A stretch of 32,000 bases of DNA from NCBI RefSeq assembly GCF_051307035.1, contig NZ_CP195536.1:2100001-2132000 (forward strand), read 5' to 3'. How positions within the stretch are numbered: position 1 is the first letter of the stretch; every line of letters begins with the position of its first letter. A model generated the notes under the pieces. It was not told where the DNA came from and made no database searches. It saw nothing but the letters and a program-made list of their open reading frames with translations. Below, in pieces: positions 27,836 to 32,000 of the stretch. A program made the translations under genes and the position numbers. Source of the stretch: Psychrobacter sp. DM4 (lineage in GTDB: Bacteria > Pseudomonadota > Gammaproteobacteria > Pseudomonadales > Moraxellaceae).

Positions 27836-28558
27836 TTATCTATTTGGACGCAGGTTTAGACGGCTAACACTAGCAATAAGCGCCACCATTATCATACCCA
27901 TAATAATCAGAACGCCAGACATCATGTGCGCCGCGTCATAATTGAGCGCTTCGACTTGCTCATAAATCGCAATAGAGACCACTTTGGTCTCGCCTGCGAT
28001 ACTACCGCCTATCATCAGCACCACACCAAACTCGCCAATAGTATGAGCAAAGCTGATTAAGCTACCCAAGACAATACCGACCTTTGCTTGTGGTAATGCG
28101 ATGGTCATAAAACGTCGAAGGCGGCTTGGCTCTAGTAGTTGCGCCATCTCCATCACGCTTTGTGGGATACGTAAAAACTGCGCGTAAACGGGCTGAATAA
28201 AGAACGGTAGGGAGTAAATGATAGAGCCGATAACCAGACCTTCAAAGGTAAAGATTAAGGGGCTAATATTGTGCTCGCGAAGATAGTGACCAATGCCAGT
28301 GCTAGGGCTTAATAACAGTAATAAGTAAAAACCAATAACCGTAGGCGGCAGGACAAGTGGCATAGCAACAATACCCATCAACACCACTTTTACACGTGCA
28401 ATCGTCTGTCCACGACTGGGTTTAGCGAGCCAATAAGCGATTGGTGTGGCAAAGAGTAGCAGGCACAAAGTAGTAACCGTAGCGAGCTTGAGGCTGACTA
28501 AAAAAGGACTGAGCATGTTTGACATAAGCGATGAATCTATCATAATGTCATTTCTCAT
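27836..28558 (-). CDS. modB: Molybdate ABC transporter permease
   Basis: 240 aa. AMPLVLPPTVIGFYLLLLL and AHTIGEFGVVLMIGGSIAGETKVVSIAIY parallel E. coli ModB (PLVLPPVVVGYLLL, GEFGAT..NIPGETRTIPSAMY). It lies directly downstream of modA. A later in-frame Met may be the true start. Confidence 0.85.
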   Translation of the reverse strand: MRNDIMIDSSLMSNMLSPFLVSLKLATVTTLCLLLFATPIAYWLAKPSRGQTIARVKVVLMGIVAMPLVLPPTVIGFYLLLLLSPSTGIGHYLREHNISPLIFTFEGLVIGSIIYSLPFFIQPVYAQFLRIPQSVMEMAQLLEPSRLRRFMTIALPQAKVGIVLGSLISFAHTIGEFGVVLMIGGSIAGETKVVSIAIYEQVEALNYDAAHMMSGVLIIMGMIMVALIASVSRLNLRPNR

Positions 28559-28606
28559 AGCTCGTTACTAACGGCGTTAACAAAGTTTAATTCTAACTAA
28601 AAATTA

Positions 28607-29449
28607 CTACTGAACCGTTAGATAGCCTGCTTGTAAGAAGTAACGCTGTCCTACAGATGAGCGCAAATAGTCTGTAAAGTCTATGGCAGCTGACGCGTCA
28701 CTGAGGCGTATGCCGTCTTGCAAAATAGCAGGATAAGACTCAGGCGCTAAGGTAATAAACTGGTTAGGCTCAGCGTTGATAGCGATGAGTTGTGATAGTG
28801 CTACAAAGCCATAATTAACATGACCTGTATGCGCATATTGAAACGCTTGTCCGATATTTTCTGCTTGTATTAATCGTTTTTGCTGCTCTACAGTATCGTA
28901 TACTTTTTGCGCTTGTAGATAAGATCTCGCCGATGCGCCATAAGGAGCAAGTTCAGGATTGGCAATAGCTATCTTACTAGTCGTATCGCTCATCAATATA
29001 TCAGTCAGCGCCTGCTCATTTAAAGGGCTAGTGACACTATAGAGCGCTAGCTGACCTTGTGCATAGGTAAAAGGCTCACGAGTCTCTTCGCCTTGAGTGC
29101 TACTGTCAGCAAGTTTAGCTGGAAACTCCTGATTGGCGGACAGGAATATATCATAAGGTGCACCTGCTGTAATCTGCGCGTATAATTTACCAGAAGAGGC
29201 ATAAGTCACCTCTATATTTTGCTCAGGCAGGTTATTATCCTTTTTATAGCCCTTGATGATAGTAGGTAACACCTCAGACAAATTAGCAGCGGCAGCAATA
29301 CGTAACGTCTGATTTTGCTTAGTGTCGTCGTTAGTAGAGGCTCTATCTGTAGCACTCTGTTGCATACAAGCACTCAACAACAAACTTGCGCACAAAAGCG
29401 CTGCTAACTTAACCATTATTGCTAAGCCACTTAGACGGCTCATCTTCAT
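28607..29449 (-). CDS. modA: Molybdate-binding periplasmic lipoprotein
   Basis: LRIAAAANLSEVLP..., TYASSGKLYAQITAGAPYDIFLSANQ parallels E. coli ModA (FAAASL, FASSGTLARQIEAGAPADLFISADQ). The lipobox is LLLSAC. I place the start at ATG 29449, which is 4 nt after AGGAG (29454-29458). The ORF-track start at 29617 would add 56 residues antisense-overlapping moaE. Confidence 0.85.
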   Translation of the reverse strand: MKMSRLSGLAIMVKLAALLCASLLLSACMQQSATDRASTNDDTKQNQTLRIAAAANLSEVLPTIIKGYKKDNNLPEQNIEVTYASSGKLYAQITAGAPYDIFLSANQEFPAKLADSSTQGEETREPFTYAQGQLALYSVTSPLNEQALTDILMSDTTSKIAIANPELAPYGASARSYLQAQKVYDTVEQQKRLIQAENIGQAFQYAHTGHVNYGFVALSQLIAINAEPNQFITLAPESYPAILQDGIRLSDASAAIDFTDYLRSSVGQRYFLQAGYLTVQ

Positions 29450-29900
29450 AATACTCCTGCTTCCATACTGGAATATCCGCTTTGATCGTATCAAGTATCC
29501 AGCGGCAAGCATCAAAAGCGGGATAACGATGGGCAGAGACGACCCCCACCCATACCGCCACATCACCAATCTCAAGCGCGCCGATACGGTGGATAGCAAT
29601 GGCATGAGTAATCTCAAAACGCTGTTTGGCCTCGAGAATAATAGCGCGGCCTTGATTAATGGCTAAGTCTTCATAACCATAATAAGTCAAGCGCTCAACA
29701 CTGCTCGCATTATTGTGATTGCGTACGCGACCTTCAAAACAGACAAAAGCACCGCAGCGATCATCATCAAGGGTTTTTTTGAGACGGTCTTCATCTATGG
29801 CGATATCTAACAAGGCAAAACCATCGCGCTCGGCGATGGCGTATACCTCATCAATGCTACGTTTGATGGTTATCGAATGGTTGTGGACACTGTGTGTCAT
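29409..29900 (-). CDS. moaE: Molybdopterin synthase catalytic subunit
   Basis: 163 aa. Motifs are CGAFVCFEGRVRN and IGDVAVWVGVVSAHRYPAFDACRWILDTIKADIPVWKQEYY. It sits in moaD/moaC context. Confidence 0.9.
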   Translation of the reverse strand: MTHSVHNHSITIKRSIDEVYAIAERDGFALLDIAIDEDRLKKTLDDDRCGAFVCFEGRVRNHNNASSVERLTYYGYEDLAINQGRAIILEAKQRFEITHAIAIHRIGALEIGDVAVWVGVVSAHRYPAFDACRWILDTIKADIPVWKQEYYEDEPSKWLSNNG

Positions 29901-29935
29901 ATATTATCTCTACTTTTTATGTCTAAAACCCTTAC

Positions 29936-30178
29936 TTAACCACCAGCAACTGGGGTAATAAATACCACACTGTCGCCATCATTAATTGGGTCTAACCATC
30001 TAGCGAAGTAGTTATTCACCGCTACGCGCAGCTCTTCTTGCGAATGACTAAAACCATGCTTTTGACTTAAATGCTCATAAAGTTCGCTTAGTGAGGTTGA
30101 CGGCTCAACCTTAATGATCTCTTCTTGACAATTAGCGGCGTCGGCTAGACTAGCAAAGTAGAGCACTTTAATGCTCAT
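29936..30178 (-). CDS. moaD: Molybdopterin synthase sulfur-carrier subunit
   Basis: It ends in the diagnostic ...FITPVAGG di-glycine. From ATG 30178 (MSIKVLYFASL...) the protein is 81 aa, the usual MoaD size. Longer forms from ATG 30238, 30241 or 30250 are possible, and GGAG at codon 1-2 of the longest form could serve 30238. Confidence 0.85.
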   Translation of the reverse strand: MSIKVLYFASLADAANCQEEIIKVEPSTSLSELYEHLSQKHGFSHSQEELRVAVNNYFARWLDPINDGDSVVFITPVAGG

Positions 30179-30312
30179 AGTAGTATTGACTTGGGTTGCT
30201 GCTTTGCTTACTGGCTCGGTTTCTCTAATAACGCTCATCATATTCTCCATTTCTTTCAGACTATCGAGCTTTATGGTCGTAGCATTGTTGATTACTAAAA
30301 AAAGGTACGGTG

Positions 30313-30834
30313 CTACGCATGACTATACTCTGATTTGCCGCCCGTTTTGGTTATCAAGCGCACATTATCAATAACGATATCATGCGATATAGCTTTGGTC
30401 ATGTCGTAGATAGTCAGACACGCCACGCTCACGGCTGTTAGTGCTTCCATCTCAACGCCCGTCTTGTGAGTAACTTTGACCGTAGCGCTAACGATGATAC
30501 TGTTTAAACTATCATCATAGTCAAAGGTTAAACCGATTTTGTCGAGTGGTAATGGATGACATAGTGGTATCAAATCATGAGTACGCTTGGCGGCCATGAT
30601 ACCGGCAATATGAGCGGTTTGAGTGATACTGCCCTTTTTGGTCATACCATCAGCGGCTTTTATTTGCTTGTAAATCTCGCTTGGAAATCGTACATGTCCG
30701 GCCGCATTGGCCTCTCGCGTTGTGGCGGTCTTGCCACTGACATCAACCATAGTAATATCGCCGTCGCTATCTAGGTGCGATAATCCAGATTGGGTCGCAG
30801 TATTTTGATTGTCTGTTTGGACGTTACTATTCAT
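30313..30834 (-). CDS. moaC: Cyclic pyranopterin monophosphate synthase accessory protein
   Basis: 173 aa. MVDVSGKTATTREANAAG, KKGSITQTAHIAGIMAAKRTHDLIPLCHPL and GVEMEALTAVSVACLTIYDM match MoaC. Confidence 0.92.
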   Translation of the reverse strand: MNSNVQTDNQNTATQSGLSHLDSDGDITMVDVSGKTATTREANAAGHVRFPSEIYKQIKAADGMTKKGSITQTAHIAGIMAAKRTHDLIPLCHPLPLDKIGLTFDYDDSLNSIIVSATVKVTHKTGVEMEALTAVSVACLTIYDMTKAISHDIVIDNVRLITKTGGKSEYSHA

Positions 30835-30844
30835 TGAATGTCTC

Positions 30845-31576
30845 TTACGTTTTTAGAGTGCTTAACGAGTCGTAGGCCTGTTTAAACTCATTAGGGGTAT
30901 TAAAATTAGTCAAATGCTGCCAGTTTTTTGCCAAAAGTACAGGCTGTACAATAGGCTCGATAAATGACATGACTCGGCGCTGCCCGCTATCAATGTAAGC
31001 TTTTAGATCAGGCTCAAGGCTCAACTGATAAAGCCCTAACAATGGATATAAATGACTCTCATCAGTCAAACATATTACTTTTTTATCGGTTGACTGACTT
31101 ATTGAATGCTGTAGTTTCTGCCATAAGTCTGTAGCAGGTATCAAGCTATCGCAGCTCATAACCAACAGCCATGACTCATCATGTAACGGTGTGCACGGCT
31201 TTAAATTCGTCAAAGCCTGCAAAGCGGATTCAATAGCCACTAACGCGCCGCCCGTCTTAATCTTATCATCATTGTTTTGATCTTTATTATCAACACTATC
31301 GTAATCGGCAATATGAATAAGAGGTACGTGCAAGTCATGGATTCTCAAATCTGAATCAATGTTGAAGTTGCGACCATTATCAGCAATCATAATAGGCAGC
31401 GTGTACCCAATGTGAGACTTAGCCAAGTCTAGCGCCTGTCTAACATGATAATCTAGCACGCGCTCCTCTGTTGGTAACATAAGCTCCGCTTTAGGCGTGC
31501 CCATACGTTTGGATGCGCCGCCTGCTAAGATAACCACACCTGCCAAACGAGTTGAACGGTTTGTAGAGTCAGTCAT
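30845..31576 (-). CDS. mobA: Molybdenum cofactor guanylyltransferase
   Basis: From ATG 31576 the N-terminus contains GVVILAGGASKRMG (the MobA P-loop-like motif). Also present are MSCDSLIP, the C-terminal GQRRVMSFI and NFNTPNEF. The ORF-track start at 31645 would overlap moaB. ATG 31576 lies 1 nt after the moaB stop. Confidence 0.8.
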   Translation of the reverse strand: MTDSTNRSTRLAGVVILAGGASKRMGTPKAELMLPTEERVLDYHVRQALDLAKSHIGYTLPIMIADNGRNFNIDSDLRIHDLHVPLIHIADYDSVDNKDQNNDDKIKTGGALVAIESALQALTNLKPCTPLHDESWLLVMSCDSLIPATDLWQKLQHSISQSTDKKVICLTDESHLYPLLGLYQLSLEPDLKAYIDSGQRRVMSFIEPIVQPVLLAKNWQHLTNFNTPNEFKQAYDSLSTLKT

Positions 31577-31577
31577 A

Positions 31578-32000
31578 TCAGTTATGAGTAGGATTTTGTG
31601 CCATAAAGTGCGGTACAAAATTACATGGACGCGTACGGCTATCAAGCTGCTCTTTTAAGATATTCTCCCAGCCTGTACGGCATGCACCTGATGAGCCTGG
31701 CAAACAAAAAATCCCGGTACTGTTTGCCATACCTGCAACCGCACGCGACTGTACCGTTGACATGCCGATCTCATCTTTTGAGATCAGACGGAACATCTCA
31801 CCAAAGCCATCAATCGATTTATCAAATAAGACGCTTACCGCTTCTGGCATACTGTCTCTGACAAAAAATCCTGTGCCGCCAGTGGTAATCACCGCATGCA
31901 CTTTTGGATCGGCAATCCAGCCACTAATCACCGCTCTAATCTGATAGATATCATCAGTAATGAGCTTGCGATCAGCCAAATTATGACCTGCCTCAGTTAA
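31578..32000 (-). CDS. moaB: Molybdenum cofactor biosynthesis protein B (5' end outside the window)
   Basis: VITTGGTGFFVRDSMPEA, GFGEMFRLIS..EIGMSTVQSRAVAG and CRTGWENILKEQLDSRTRPCNF closely parallel E. coli MoaB. The frame stays open through 32000 (..LTEAGHNLADRKL), so the gene is truncated by the window edge. Confidence 0.85.
   Translation of the reverse strand, partial: LTEAGHNLADRKLITDDIYQIRAVISGWIADPKVHAVITTGGTGFFVRDSMPEAVSVLFDKSIDGFGEMFRLISKDEIGMSTVQSRAVAGMANSTGIFCLPGSSGACRTGWENILKEQLDSRTRPCNFVPHFMAQNPTHN

Noticed and set aside
29322-29666. 114-aa plus-strand ORF spanning the modA/moaE junction, and similar antisense ORFs at 29719-29958, 30171-30374, 30577-30774, 31625-31861 and 31762-31944
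   Set aside because: All are antisense to well-supported molybdenum-cofactor genes, and their translations are Ser/Leu/Arg-rich shadow frames.
30845-31576. Asp/Asn-rich insertion in MobA (DYDSVDNKDQNNDDKIKTGG), making it about 50 aa longer than E. coli MobA
   Set aside because: Loop insertions of this kind are common lineage-specific variation. All recognisable MobA motifs are intact.
1-32000. CRISPR arrays, tRNA/rRNA genes, integrases or transposases, prophage or known defence-system genes
   Set aside because: I scanned the intergenic regions and the ORF translations. I found no regularly spaced direct repeats, no tRNA T-arm or acceptor patterns, and no recombinase, nuclease or ATPase defence signatures.

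Overview
The window reads as chromosomal DNA from an AT-leaning gammaproteobacterium. The proteins look Moraxellaceae/Psychrobacter-like, but that is an inference I cannot verify here. Most of it is housekeeping or standard accessory metabolism. In order: lon, a lipoprotein Cu/Zn superoxide dismutase (sodC), topA, and a divergent pair of uncharacterised envelope proteins. Next comes a minus-strand iron-uptake block (TonB-dependent receptor, PepSY membrane protein, tonB-exbB-exbD) with two Fur-box-like sites. Then follow an EamA transporter, a frameshifted DUF1311/LprI-like gene, and a polar amino-acid (FliY/cystine-like) ABC transporter. The window ends with a molybdenum block (moaB-mobA-moaC-moaD-moaE-modA-modB) trailed by a tautomerase-like gene and a GNAT acetyltransferase. 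The non-routine part is 18.6-26.4 kb. It holds a 357-bp element bounded by inverted repeats with TA flanks and no ORF (MITE-like or structured RNA). Beside it is a 94-codon remnant of metE that has its own terminator. After that comes a glycosyltransferase-only island built around a membrane GT2 with the processive QxxRW signature, plus GT4, MurG-like and GT-A enzymes and a convergent gene of unknown function. This island has no priming, flippase, polymerase, export or sugar-nucleotide genes. I saw no rRNA, tRNA, CRISPR array, transposase, integrase or phage gene. Functional calls rest on motifs I recognised by eye in the supplied translations. No database search was run.
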